From Candidatus Bathyarchaeota archaeon (GTDB lineage: Archaea > Thermoproteota > Bathyarchaeia > Bathyarchaeales > Bathycorpusculaceae): a DNA stretch of 64,000 nt. The position numbers and the translations under genes were made by a program. This document shows, piece after piece, positions 42,166-52,616 of the stretch (positions are counted from its first letter, which is position 1; each line of letters starts with the position of its first letter). The notes under the pieces were generated by a model. It worked only from the letters and a program-made list of their open reading frames with translations. It had not been told where the DNA came from and searched no databases. The stretch is taken from contig CAVYRJ010000008.1 in NCBI GenBank assembly GCA_963770935.1, positions 224,001-288,000 of the forward strand, written 5' to 3'.

Positions 42166-42640
42166 ATGAGCGCAAACAAAACCCTCATCGCCTACCAAAC
42201 TAAAAGCGGCGCCACAGAAGAAGTACGCTAGAAAAATCGCAGATGTGCTTCGCTCAAAGTTTCAGTTGGAAGTGGACTTAGTCGACTTGGAAAAACAGAA
42301 AATGATAAATTGCTCTCTGTACCAAAACTTTGTTATCGGCGGCGGTGTGAGAGCTGGCAAAGTCTACGATAAAGCCTTAAAATGCCTTGAAAACAAATTT
42401 GAAGGTAAAAGAGTGGCGTTTTTTGTTTCAGCTGGCGAAGCAGGCGACCCTAAAACTTACGAAAGTGCAAAAGCAAAGTTTGCCGAAAACACCTTAACAC
42501 GTTACCCAAACATTAACCCCGTAGGCTTGAACGCTTTTGGTGGACGCATGAAAATCCTTGGCAAATCCATCTTCAACAACATCGATTTATCCAAGGCAGA
42601 AGCTTGGGCAGAAGAGCTTGGAAAAAAATTCACCCAATAA
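42166..42640 (+). CDS. Flavodoxin-domain protein (HemG/Flavodoxin_5-like); frameshift near 42228
   Basis: MSANKTLIAYQTKSGATEE joins ..KIADVLR..VIGGGV..VAFFVS..AFGG..AEAWAEEL. Confidence 0.75.
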
Positions 42641-42650
42641 GTCAAATATT

Positions 42651-42857
42651 ATGAAGGCAAACGCGCTTCTTTGCCCAACCTGTTGCGTTGAATACGTTGA
42701 GGTAGAATTTGATTTCGAAGTTGACGGTGTTATACTACATAACGTGAAAGCGTTAAGATGCCCAGAATGCGAAGAAGAAGCATTTACGCCCCAACAGATT
42801 GAAGCGATAATGAAAAAACCCACCTCTATTTCCCTCAATTTTTGGCCATTAAGTTGA
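42651..42857 (+). CDS. YgiT/MqsA-type zinc-finger protein
   Basis: CPTC...EVDGVILHNVKALRCPECEEEAFTP. Confidence 0.7.
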   Translation: MKANALLCPTCCVEYVEVEFDFEVDGVILHNVKALRCPECEEEAFTPQQIEAIMKKPTSISLNFWPLS

Positions 42858-43113
42858 AGCCGTTTCTTTACTCTAACAGTGAAGGGCGAGCAACATTTGA
42901 GTCTGCCCCATGGATAGAGGGGAATAGGTCTTTTAGAGTAAGGTCTTCAAAGTTGTGCTTTTCCGCTTTTCTATACGGGAACAATAGTTTTTTCCTGAGC
43001 CCATTGTAATGGCACTTTAGTTTTTTGTGTAAGCTTGTTTTTGTTGGTCAAAAGCTTTTTATGTTTGGCTATTGTGTCTATGGTTTGCAACAAACGGGAT
43101 TTGACATAAAAGT

Positions 43114-43422
43114 ATGGTCAGAAAAGCAAGAATACGCCTCACAAGCACAGATTACAGTAAATTAGAAGAGGTATGTGGAGAACTAAAAAGCATCGCCTCA
43201 AAAACAGGCGTAAAAATGAACGGCCCAGTACCGCTACCAACCAAACGCTTGCGAGTTCCAGTCCTTAAAGGTCCATCAGGCGAAGGCACAGCCACGTGGG
43301 ACCGATGGGAAATGCGCATACACAAACGCTTAATCGACATCGACTCCGAAGAACGCGTAATGCGCCGAATCATGCGTATCCGTGTTCCAGAAGAAGTCCA
43401 CGTCACAATCGAACTTATCTAA
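43114..43422 (+). CDS. rps10: 30S ribosomal protein uS10
   Basis: [32 protein letters not shown]. Confidence 0.97.
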   Translation: MVRKARIRLTSTDYSKLEEVCGELKSIASKTGVKMNGPVPLPTKRLRVPVLKGPSGEGTATWDRWEMRIHKRLIDIDSEERVMRRIMRIRVPEEVHVTIELI

Positions 43423-43530
43423 ACGCTGTTTAGATTTTTAGCATTTTATTTTGGGTTTTCGTTTTCTAGCCTTTTTAGCAACCTCTTAAAATTCCCAATG
43501 AACGCCTCAAGTGCTCAAGAGGTTAAAACA

Positions 43531-43697
43531 ATGATACAATGGCGAGGCATTAAAGTTGAACACCAAGATTTTGTGAGTCAAGCAATTGAAGAATTGGAAG
43601 ATCAAGATTAGCGACTTCACATTTATTCAACAGCGGGAATGGGTGGAACATACAATTACACTGTAAACATTACTTGCTCTTCGAAAGAAGACAATAA
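43531..43697 (+). pseudogene. Small DUF4177-like protein interrupted by an in-frame TAG (43609) and a frameshift
   Basis: GAGGT SD then ATG; MIQWRGIKVEHQDFVSQAIEELEDQD*RLHIYSTAGMGGTYNYTVN/HYLLFERRQ*. Confidence 0.5.
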
Positions 43698-43736
43698 ATT
43701 TGGGTTGACCTCAGGACTGCGTTTTCGTTTTCGCAA

Positions 43737-44567
43737 CTAGTAACCGAAAGTTTGCAGGTAAGTAAGGATGGTTAAAGCGGCACTTGCAGTAAAGGCTAAA
43801 GCCCAAATCTTCTTATTAAAACTGAAGATTTTGTAGCCATCTAAAATCCCAAATGGGATCAGATTGAAAACCGCCATAAAAGCGTTGATGTAAGCAGCCA
43901 AAAACAACATAATGGCAAATGTACTAGGCATTAAAGTGAACGCTAACCCCAAAAGAGCACTTGAAAAAATGATGTTGGTTATTGGTCCAGCAAGCGAAAT
44001 CTTCAGGATGTCTTCGCCACTGGGTATTGAGCCGCCAATCATCATTGCACCTGGAGCAATCATCCTGAAAGGCAAAAATATGGAGGCAAAAGTTAAAATC
44101 GCGCCCCATGTGGTTAAGCGAAATTCAGCCCATAGACCTTTCTTTTGAGCTATAACTTTGTGGGCTATTTCATGAACCAGAAAAGAAGAAGTCATAACAA
44201 CGGCAAAAACAGCCATGACATCCCATGTCCAAGCAGGAAAGAAGCCTCCAAAAAGATTCCCATACAGTCCGATGGAAAAGCCAATACCGATTACGAGCAA
44301 CGCTGCAATTGTTATGTGTTTGACTTCTTTTTGGCTAAAGATTATATGGTGTTTGCGTTTGTATGCATCTTGTCCAAAAACGTAACTGTAATTGTAAGAG
44401 TTGTAGGATTGTGGCGTTAGTACTTGCCCTTGCCTTTGGGCGCGCGCAACGTCGATTTTTGGGCATGCATGGTTCTCTGGCAAACGGTGTAAACTGCAGA
44501 ATTGACCACCGCAATGTTGACAAAGAAATGGAAGGAGAGTTTCCTGCATACATGCTTGACATTTCAT
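43737..44567 (-). CDS. AN1 zinc finger fused to a site-2 protease (M50)
   Basis: CQAC..LPFLCQHCGGQFCSLHRLPENHAC; HEIAH; SLAGP..N; FNLIPFGILDG. Confidence 0.88.
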   Translation of the reverse strand: MKCQACMQETLLPFLCQHCGGQFCSLHRLPENHACPKIDVARAQRQGQVLTPQSYNSYNYSYVFGQDAYKRKHHIIFSQKEVKHITIAALLVIGIGFSIGLYGNLFGGFFPAWTWDVMAVFAVVMTSSFLVHEIAHKVIAQKKGLWAEFRLTTWGAILTFASIFLPFRMIAPGAMMIGGSIPSGEDILKISLAGPITNIIFSSALLGLAFTLMPSTFAIMLFLAAYINAFMAVFNLIPFGILDGYKIFSFNKKIWALAFTASAALTILTYLQTFGY

Positions 44568-44722
44568 GTTAGTCTGGCGCCTTGCACACTAAACTGTACA
44601 TGGTGGTTTATATTTTTCCCCTCAAAAAGCAAAAAACCAGCTTAAACTCAAACATACATAAACTCTTTAAAACAAGCAAACCAACTATCAGAGCACAGGG
44701 GAAACTTAGGAGCCTCGCCAGT

Positions 44723-45925
44723 TTGAAGCCGTTTAGCTTTGTTCACGCTGCAGACTTGCACTTGGGATATTCGCAGTATGGTTTAGAAGCAAGAAGGCAA
44801 GACTTTGACAATGCATTCAAAGAAGTCGTGGATAGGACAATTGAGTTGAAACCCGATTTCATGATTATCGCAGGCGACCTTTTCCATCAGGCAAGACCAT
44901 CCAACCATACCTTGGAGAACACAATTCGAAGTTTCAAGCGTCTAAAAGACGCAGGCATTCCCGTTTTAACGGTTGATGGCTCTCACGATTCCGCCCCAAA
45001 CACCATAACCAGCACCATCCTCTATCCTCTTGACAGCGCAGGATTAATCATTCATTTGCCAAGGCACCAGGGAGCATGCTGGAGCAAACCCGATTGCTGC
45101 TACGTTTACGGTATCCCAACCTACCATAACAGGCATAAAACCCAGGAGGCGCTTCCCAAATTTATAGCGGACAATCCTCCAACTCCAAAAACTGAATTAG
45201 CCAACATTTTTGTTTTCCATGGTGCACTGGATTTGCCAAGCGTGAAGGGACCTTTTGAAGCCGAAATATTGCCTGACGAGGTGCCTAATGGCTTTTGTTA
45301 TTATGCGGCAGGACACGTGCATGAACGGTATCTTGGCAAGTTCAAAGATGGCGTTTTAGTTTACAGTGGCTGTACGGAAACTGTTAGTTACAGTGAAGCC
45401 AAGTATCTAAAAGGTTTCTACCACGTTATGGTTAACGGGAAAGGTCAGGTTGAACCAGAATTAATCAAATTAGCTTCGCCCCGCAGATTTGTCGTCGTGG
45501 AGCAAGATTTCTCTGGCAAGCAATCCGCCAAAATCACCGAGCTAGCTACACAGATGGTTAAGGATGCTGACGAGGAAGGTGCAGTGGTGATTCCTGTCCT
45601 AAAGGGAACAATGCCGATGGAAGCAAGCCGCACCGAAATCGACATAGCAAAAATCCGAGCAGCAGGCGAAAGAGCACTACTAGTTCACCCAATCGTGCTG
45701 CTTAAGGAAACCGCCGTTTCAGACGAGATTGTGCGTTCCATTTTTGAGAGCGGATTTAAGGACCTTAAAACTAAAGCCTTCGAGTACTTCCTCCAGATTT
45801 TTGCAGAACGGTACGGAAAAGAGGAAGCTGAAAGAATCGCAAAAAGCGCCCTTAGCTTAATCGAACCCTTAACACGAAAACAAGACGAAAAAGTAAAGCA
45901 AACCATTGAGGAGCTCGCGAAATGA
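44723..45925 (+). CDS. mre11: DNA double-strand break repair nuclease Mre11
   Basis: HAADLHLG, AGDLFH, DGSHD, FHG, AGHVH, YSG; overlaps the rad50 start. Confidence 0.88.
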   Translation: MKPFSFVHAADLHLGYSQYGLEARRQDFDNAFKEVVDRTIELKPDFMIIAGDLFHQARPSNHTLENTIRSFKRLKDAGIPVLTVDGSHDSAPNTITSTILYPLDSAGLIIHLPRHQGACWSKPDCCYVYGIPTYHNRHKTQEALPKFIADNPPTPKTELANIFVFHGALDLPSVKGPFEAEILPDEVPNGFCYYAAGHVHERYLGKFKDGVLVYSGCTETVSYSEAKYLKGFYHVMVNGKGQVEPELIKLASPRRFVVVEQDFSGKQSAKITELATQMVKDADEEGAVVIPVLKGTMPMEASRTEIDIAKIRAAGERALLVHPIVLLKETAVSDEIVRSIFESGFKDLKTKAFEYFLQIFAERYGKEEAERIAKSALSLIEPLTRKQDEKVKQTIEELAK

Positions 45926-48013
45926 AAATCGAAATCGTGCAGCTGGAAAATATCCGAAGCCATGTCAAATCTACTGTACCTTTCACCCATGGATTCAACT
46001 GTTTAGTTGGCGGAGTAGGCTGTGGAAAATCCAGTGTCATGTACGCGGTGGATTTTGTGTTGTTCGGCGACACAATTGGGAGCAGAAGTTTTGAGTATCT
46101 GATGCGGGAAGATGCTGATTGGTGCCGAGTTACTGTGCAGTTTAGCCACAACGGCGCCTGCTACAAGTTAATCCGCGGCTTGAAGCGTAAGGGCAAAAGC
46201 ATCATTCAAGACTTTGAGCAACTCAAACTCTACGAGGATGAGCGACTGGTTGCAAGCATGAAAACAGAAGCCATAACTGAACAGTTTAAAGCAATCACTG
46301 GCCTTGACAAGGACCTTTACCGCGAAATTGTTTGGTTTAGGCAAGAACACCTCAAAGACCTTTTGGATGCTAAACCTCGAGATAGGCAAACGCGTTTGGA
46401 TGAATTGTTCGGCTTATCTGACTACGAAGCTGCTTGGAATAATATCGGTCCCTTTAAACGAGACTGCGAGAACGAGTTGTCTTTTTTCCAGAAAGATGCG
46501 GATGTTAACGGCTTAGAAAAACTCAGCAATGAATACAACAGAGCAAGCGAAGAATTCACTCTCTTAGAGTTGGATTTGGAGAATTCGACGCAGAAAATGG
46601 CAGATTGCAAAGAGAGCGCTTGATGAAGCGAACCTGAAACTAAAGCATCTTGAAGATAAAAAAATCGCTGTAGAAGAACTTAAACGCAAAGAAGCAAGAC
46701 TTAACGCCAACATTCAAAACATGACGGGCACTTTGGCTTCGCTCAGCCAACGTATAGAAGGAAAAAAAACCATCGTGGATAACCTTCGCCAACGCCAAAA
46801 CTCGCTTGAATCTCAGATGAAAATGTGCCAATGCAAACTGGAACAAGCAGGACTACCTGCTAGTCTGCCCATGGAACAGTTGGGTTCTTGTTTGGCTGGG
46901 TTTGACGATAAAATCAGCAGTTTGAAAGCTGAGCAAGAAGCAACCAGTCGAAGTATGCAAACCGATAAGAAAAGAGCTGTGGACCTTGCACAGGAAAGTA
47001 AATGTCCTCTTTGTGTTCAACCCTTATCTGGGGAATACAAGACTGGGTTGATGCAGAGGATTCATCAGGAAAACTTTGAGCGGGAAAAAACGATTAATCA
47101 GTTAAGAATCGACGTTTCGGACATGCAGAAAACCAAGGCAACTGCTTCTGAAGTATACACCGCATTGCAAACCTGCGTTACACGGGAAGGAGATTTGAAG
47201 GCTAGAATCAGCGAGGAGGAAAACAACCTGTCTAACCTTTTGGGCGAGTTTGAAGAGAAACAAAAATTTGAAGCCGATTTGCATTCACAGCTGGAAGTTG
47301 TGCTGTTTGAAATCAGCAAATTCAATCTTCAAGACGTTGAAGCTGCAAGAACGAAGCGGGAACAGGTTTTTAGACAATACTATGTTGTAGAATCGGATTT
47401 ACGCACCAAAGAGAACCGTAAAAAAGATCTCGGCCAACGCTTAGACGATACCAAAGAACGCATCAACCTGGCACAGGAAAAAATGGAGCGCATAGAAAAA
47501 ATCCGCAGAACCATCGGAGTACTTGGCGCCATCCGCGACGCATACCGCAGCATCCAACCAAAACTGAGAAGCGAGTTTGTGAAGCTTTTGCGTAACTATG
47601 TTCAGCAGGTGCTTGACGGCTTGGTCGGCGGAGAAGGACCGATGCTTAACGTAGTTATCGATGAAACTTACACTCCTTACGTGAAGAGCGAATCGGGTGT
47701 GGACCGTGAAGTCAGCAACCTCTCAGGCGGTGAACGCACGCTTTTAGCCTTTGCTTATCGATTGGGATTGGGGCAACTTATTATGCAGTCAAGGACTGGA
47801 CACGGTTTGGGCATGTTGATGCTTGATGAACCCACGGAGAACTTGGGAAGCGAAGACGGTAGCATAGAGCGGTTAGCTGAAGCCATCAGCCGTTTTAAAG
47901 CCATCGAACAAATCATCGCGGTTACACACAGTGAAGCATTTGCAGCGAAAGCTGACCACGTGATTACTCTTGAGAAGGAATCTGGGGTTAGCAAAATCTC
48001 AATTGAGCGATGA
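45922..48013 (+). CDS. rad50: Rad50 ATPase; frameshift near 46610
   Basis: LENIRSH, GCGKSS, Q-loop, coiled coil, zinc hook CPLC, LSGGE, LDEPT, VTH. Confidence 0.9.
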
Positions 48014-48112
48014 CTTTAGTTAGTTTATATGTCTTTCTTAAGCTTCTTAGCGCTTACTGGAAAAGCTTATATCTAATTTCATTTAAAGAGAGAGCCAGAA
48101 ATTGGTGATTCG

Positions 48113-48643
48113 ATGAATAAAAAGACAATATACATAATCGTTGCGGTTTTAGTCGTCATTATTGTCATTGGAGCCGCTGCATATGTCCTGATGAACAATG
48201 GTGGAAACGGTGGAACAACTCCCACACCTACGCCTTCACCTACTCAGGCGCCGACCGTAGTTGACGCATCAACATTGCAGTTCAGCGTTACCGAGACTAC
48301 CAACGGAGTAGCATTAAACTACAACTTTGCAGCTAAGAACGTCAACACCACTACTGAAGTAATGCGAATGGACATAATAGATGCTGCCGGTAACTACAGC
48401 TACGTAATAGACCTAGGAGCTGCAACATCGTTCCTAAAGATTAATGATGGAGCATGGACTGCAAGCGACTTCAACACCGATGTGTCTTATATCGTAGCGT
48501 TTGCTGACTATCAAACTGCCCTTGTCAACTGGGATGGTCATGCTGAAACCTATTCGTACACTGCTTCAAGCGGCTCTGCAATAGTTATCTCTGCAATCCA
48601 CGTGAATCCAACATTAGCTGATTCGCTTTTCGCAACCAGTTAA
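48113..48643 (+). CDS. Membrane-anchored exported protein with a PT-rich linker
   Basis: N-terminal TM, TPTPTPSPT linker, C-terminal VNPTLADSLF. Confidence 0.7.
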   Translation: MNKKTIYIIVAVLVVIIVIGAAAYVLMNNGGNGGTTPTPTPSPTQAPTVVDASTLQFSVTETTNGVALNYNFAAKNVNTTTEVMRMDIIDAAGNYSYVIDLGAATSFLKINDGAWTASDFNTDVSYIVAFADYQTALVNWDGHAETYSYTASSGSAIVISAIHVNPTLADSLFATS

Positions 48644-48954
48644 GCAAACCGCAAAAATTGTTGGCTCTAAAAACCAACCTATTCTCTTTTTTTAATTTAC
48701 TACAGAAGTCGAAGAAAGGGTATCAGTTTGTAATGCACAAATTAAACTGTGATATTGAACGTCAAATGGTTTGTTGCACTTTGACTCATATATTTCGGCG
48801 TAAGGAAAAAAATGATTTTCTTTCTAGAAATTACTGCAAAATCTTTTTTTCCGAAGTTGCTGGTTTAGTTTTTGCATTTTTGCAGAAGCTTTTTTATTAG
48901 AATTTATAGGGTGGGTTGTTATCTGAATCTAACAATTAGGAGGGCTACTGTACA

Positions 48955-49818
48955 TTGGAAGAGGTAATTACGATCCGAAACTTGACAAAGAAGTACAATG
49001 ATGTTTGTGCTGTAGAAAATTTGAATCTCGGTGTAAATTCTGGTGAAATCTTTGGTTTTCTTGGACCGAACGGAGCGGGTAAAACGACGACTATACGTGT
49101 TCTAACTACGTTGACTAAACCCTCTTCAGGATCTATTTGGATTTCTGGATTTGAAGTAGAAAAAGAACCCGGGAAAGTCAAAGAACTAATTGGAGTAGTG
49201 CAGCAGCACTTAACGTTTGATTTAGACTTGAACTTAAGGGAAAACATGGAGCTTCATGCCCGCTTGCATCATATCTCCTCAAGCGAACGCAAACAACGAG
49301 TTGCTGAACTCCTTGAATTTGTTGGTTTAGCCAATCAGAGTGAAAAGATGGTTGAAGAATTGTCAGGGGGGATGAAGAAAGCTGCAATGATTGCTCGCGC
49401 TTTAATACATAAGCCAAAATTGCTTTTCCTCGATGAACCTACAGTAGGGTTGGATGTTCAGGTTAGACGGCGGATGTGGGATTTGATTCGCAGTTTAAGT
49501 CGAAACGGCACAACAATTTTTTTGACTACTCATTACATCGAGGAAGCGGAAGCGTTGTGCCAAAGAGTTGGCATCGTTCACCAAGGACACTTGATTGCGT
49601 TGGGAAAGCCCTCGGAACTGCGACAAACAGTTGGTATGGTGACCGTTGAGGTTCTCGTTGATGGTGCCTTTACACGTTATGAACATTTTGCTGATCGCGA
49701 GGCTGCCACCCGTTATGTCCAGAGCCTTTCTTCCGACGCTGGAACTATTATAATTCGTGATTCAAGCCTTGAAGATGTGTTTGTTGAATTAACAGGGAAG
49801 AAGGTAGGTGAAGGTTAA
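48955..49818 (+). CDS. ABC-2 (DrrA/NodI-like) exporter ATP-binding protein
   Basis: GPNGAGKTT, LSGGM, LFLDEPTVGLD, TTHYIEEAE, LEDVFVELTG. Confidence 0.9.
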   Translation: MEEVITIRNLTKKYNDVCAVENLNLGVNSGEIFGFLGPNGAGKTTTIRVLTTLTKPSSGSIWISGFEVEKEPGKVKELIGVVQQHLTFDLDLNLRENMELHARLHHISSSERKQRVAELLEFVGLANQSEKMVEELSGGMKKAAMIARALIHKPKLLFLDEPTVGLDVQVRRRMWDLIRSLSRNGTTIFLTTHYIEEAEALCQRVGIVHQGHLIALGKPSELRQTVGMVTVEVLVDGAFTRYEHFADREAATRYVQSLSSDAGTIIIRDSSLEDVFVELTGKKVGEG

Positions 49819-50568
49819 GTGCTGCAAACTCTTCGAGACATATACGCTGTCGTGTGGGTTGACCTGCGTTTTCTAAGACGCAACTTGGGCAAAACTATGG
49901 CTTTAACGTTGGTTGCGCCTATTCTGTATCTTTTGGCGTTTGGGTATGGCTTGGGAAGAGGTGCTAGTATTGAGGGTTTTAGTTATCTTCAATTTGTTAT
50001 TCCTGGAATCTTGGCGCTTACGGCAATGACAACGGCTTTTAATACTTCAGGGTTGAAGCTTCATGTGGATCGCTTATTCTTCAAGTGTTTTGATGAAACT
50101 TTGATGTCGCCGGTTAGTGCTTTTTCAATAATTACAGGTAAGGCTCTGATTGGGGTGGTTCGTGGGCTTTTGAGTTCAGCGGCTCTGCTTTTGGCATGCC
50201 TTGTTTTTTCTCCTCTGCCTGCGGTAAGTTTGCTCTTTCCGCTAAGTCTAGTCGTGACTTGTTTTGCATTTTCGTTTTTGGGTGTAATTGTTGCTTTGTT
50301 AGCTAAGACCCATCAGGACATGACTTTGTTTATGAGTCTGGTTGTTCTACCTATGGCTTTTCTGAGCGGTACTTTCTTTTCCCTAAGTCAAGTTCCAGAA
50401 GCATTAAGCATCATCCTTTCTATATCGCCATTAACCCATGCCTGTCTTTGTCTGCGAGCTTCCGCCCTTGGACAACCGTTCCCATGGGGGTCTCTTTTAG
50501 TTCTAATAGGTTTTGGAGTTGCATTCTTTGTTCTTTGTTTTGCTGCTCTTAAAAAATCCAATAAATGA
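49819..50568 (+). CDS. ABC-2 exporter permease
   Basis: YLQFVIPG, LPMAFLSGTFF, PLTH; about 6 TM. Confidence 0.88.
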   Translation: MLQTLRDIYAVVWVDLRFLRRNLGKTMALTLVAPILYLLAFGYGLGRGASIEGFSYLQFVIPGILALTAMTTAFNTSGLKLHVDRLFFKCFDETLMSPVSAFSIITGKALIGVVRGLLSSAALLLACLVFSPLPAVSLLFPLSLVVTCFAFSFLGVIVALLAKTHQDMTLFMSLVVLPMAFLSGTFFSLSQVPEALSIILSISPLTHACLCLRASALGQPFPWGSLLVLIGFGVAFFVLCFAALKKSNK

Positions 50569-50614
50569 CAATTTCCAAACTGGAATGAACCAGAAAAAAT
50601 CAATCACAACTCTA

Positions 50615-51313
50615 CTAAAGCAATGCATAGACAATAATTAAGATGCCGAAAACGATGCTTATTGAACCTGTTAAGGCTTTAATTATTTTGTGTACTTTCT
50701 CAAGATTTGACGCTGTATAAGCTATAACGGAGCCTACTAAGCAGGCAATGCCAATCATACCTAAGATTACACCCACTCCAAAAAGACAGATGAAAACCAA
50801 ACCTACCCCGACTGAATTCACAGTTGATAATGTTACTAACATTAAAGCGGCGCTGCCTCCGAGTCCCTGCAGAGCGCCTGTAAGCGCTGACTTACGCAAG
50901 TGAGCATGTCCATGATGGTTATCTTTGGTGTGGTCGTGTGGATGTGAATGCGGATGCAATTGCGGGTGGGAATGGGTATGTTCATGATTAATTTGGTCAG
51001 GACGGATTCTTTCGGCAATTAACGGTCTAATTACAAGTGCACCGAGAATTATCAGCAAAACTCCAGCGGCTGAATCGAACAGTCTGAGGACGGATTGGGG
51101 AATTACCAAGCTAAGAGTGAGGACAAGTAATCCAATTATAAACAGCACCGTTGAATGCCCAACACCCCAAACAGTTGCTGAAGTGATGGATTTGCGGATA
51201 CTCTTATTATTGCATAATAAAGTAGAAACAGCAACAACATGGTCTGGATCAAGCGAATGCGCGAAACCTAACCCTATTCCCGTTAGAAGGATAAAGATTA
51301 TTGACAAATCCAT
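50615..51313 (-). CDS. NiCoT/UreH-like nickel/cobalt transporter with a His-rich loop
   Basis: HSLDPDH motif, WGVGHS, HEHTHSHPQLHPHSHPHDH, GLGGSAAL. Confidence 0.8.
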   Translation of the reverse strand: MDLSIIFILLTGIGLGFAHSLDPDHVVAVSTLLCNNKSIRKSITSATVWGVGHSTVLFIIGLLVLTLSLVIPQSVLRLFDSAAGVLLIILGALVIRPLIAERIRPDQINHEHTHSHPQLHPHSHPHDHTKDNHHGHAHLRKSALTGALQGLGGSAALMLVTLSTVNSVGVGLVFICLFGVGVILGMIGIACLVGSVIAYTASNLEKVHKIIKALTGSISIVFGILIIVYALL

Positions 51314-51371
51314 AGGTAACGCATACCATTTGATGGAACAGTAATACTTTTCTATACTTTAAAAGTAATAC

Positions 51372-52487
51372 TCATAAAGAGTAAGTGTTATTTGAGCAGG
51401 CTTTATTGAGGACAGCTCGCAAGACACATTTTGAAAATGGACCTAGTTGCGCTTCGTCTCCGGGCTTTATTTTGTTGAAGGCAAATTCTGAAAAATCATC
51501 CGAAGAGCACCTCACCGCTGATTGAACAATCGCCTCAAACGAAACTTGATCTACCGTGTCAGCTGTTTTTTTAGGGATTAAACCTTTCGCTAAATCTTCA
51601 TCAAGTCTAAGAGCTGCGATAACAAGCGACGCGATTTTCCCATCAAACAGGATCGATTCAAATTGTTTCCGAAGTTGCTGGAACTCAGAGCTTTCACTAG
51701 TTATCATTCCATCAGAAACCTGAGAAATAACCGTTTCAAGAGATAGACATCTATCCGTCAACCTTTCAACAAGAGGTCGGTTTGGCGAAATATTTTCTTG
51801 CTTGTAAATGGCCGTTTTCACACCCTCCCGTACACACCGCCCAATTAACTCGCCCAGAATTGTGAAGGTTCCAGCATACTGTATTGGTTCGCCTTTTTTG
51901 GTGCAACATACTGCAACGCTATCTGTCAATGTCCCGGTGGCGAGGTCGCCCGAAAAACGACTTCTAATATCTAATTCTCGTATGGCAACAGTTTTTGCTT
52001 CGGTAGCTGTTTTAACAGCTTCAACCATGCAACCTTCAGTTAAGTTACCGTCAACAAGTATTATGATGTTTATAGTGCCGATTTTTTGGAGTTGACTACT
52101 CCTTGAAGCTGCCGGTTCACCAGCTGTAACCGCAACAGTGGCCCCAGCCGTCACAAAAACTGTCAAAGTTACGCCATCATACTTTTCCGTGAGTGCAACT
52201 ACGTTTTTCATCTGGGCAGCAGTCATTAACCCGACCACTTTGTCATTTGGCAGCTGTAGCCCTTGCACTACTTTTTTCAAGAAAGCTTCGGGACCGCTCC
52301 AGTGCATATCGTTCATGTGGCTTCCAGAGCCTTCAGGAACCTGGACGTTAATTATTCCATTCGCCTCAATCAAACCACCATTCAAAAGGGCAGAACTAAG
52401 AATCTTCAAAGGCGTTTTAGACCAGATAACGAGGGTTTGGTTTTTGATTTCAGCGTTAATGTTTTCGATTTCAACATTCAATTTCAT
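51372..52487 (-). CDS. cbiZ: Adenosylcobinamide amidohydrolase CbiZ with a C-terminal CobZ-like extension
   Basis: LSSALLNGG, GLMTAA, VTAG, GTINIII, TATEAK, ATGTLTDSV. Confidence 0.88.
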   Translation of the reverse strand: MKLNVEIENINAEIKNQTLVIWSKTPLKILSSALLNGGLIEANGIINVQVPEGSGSHMNDMHWSGPEAFLKKVVQGLQLPNDKVVGLMTAAQMKNVVALTEKYDGVTLTVFVTAGATVAVTAGEPAASRSSQLQKIGTINIIILVDGNLTEGCMVEAVKTATEAKTVAIRELDIRSRFSGDLATGTLTDSVAVCCTKKGEPIQYAGTFTILGELIGRCVREGVKTAIYKQENISPNRPLVERLTDRCLSLETVISQVSDGMITSESSEFQQLRKQFESILFDGKIASLVIAALRLDEDLAKGLIPKKTADTVDQVSFEAIVQSAVRCSSDDFSEFAFNKIKPGDEAQLGPFSKCVLRAVLNKACSNNTYSL

Positions 52488-52616
52488 GCAGTAGGCCTGC
52501 TTTTAAATTTGAATGGAAGTTGAATTTTTGGTTATATAAGGCTTGGCTTGGAATACACTTTTCAAGCTTCCTGTATTTGCTTGAAGTTCAAGCGGATATA
52601 CAAACAAAAGAATTGT

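Noticed and set aside
42868-42984. 38-codon minus-strand ORF (MFPYRKAEKHNFEDLTLKDLF...)
   Set aside because: No motif, SD or other support.
52579-52593. Palindrome GCTTGAA-G-TTCAAGC between DUF2284 and cbiZ
   Set aside because: Short and single, and upstream of the cbiZ TATA box. It cannot be distinguished from a terminator stem or chance.
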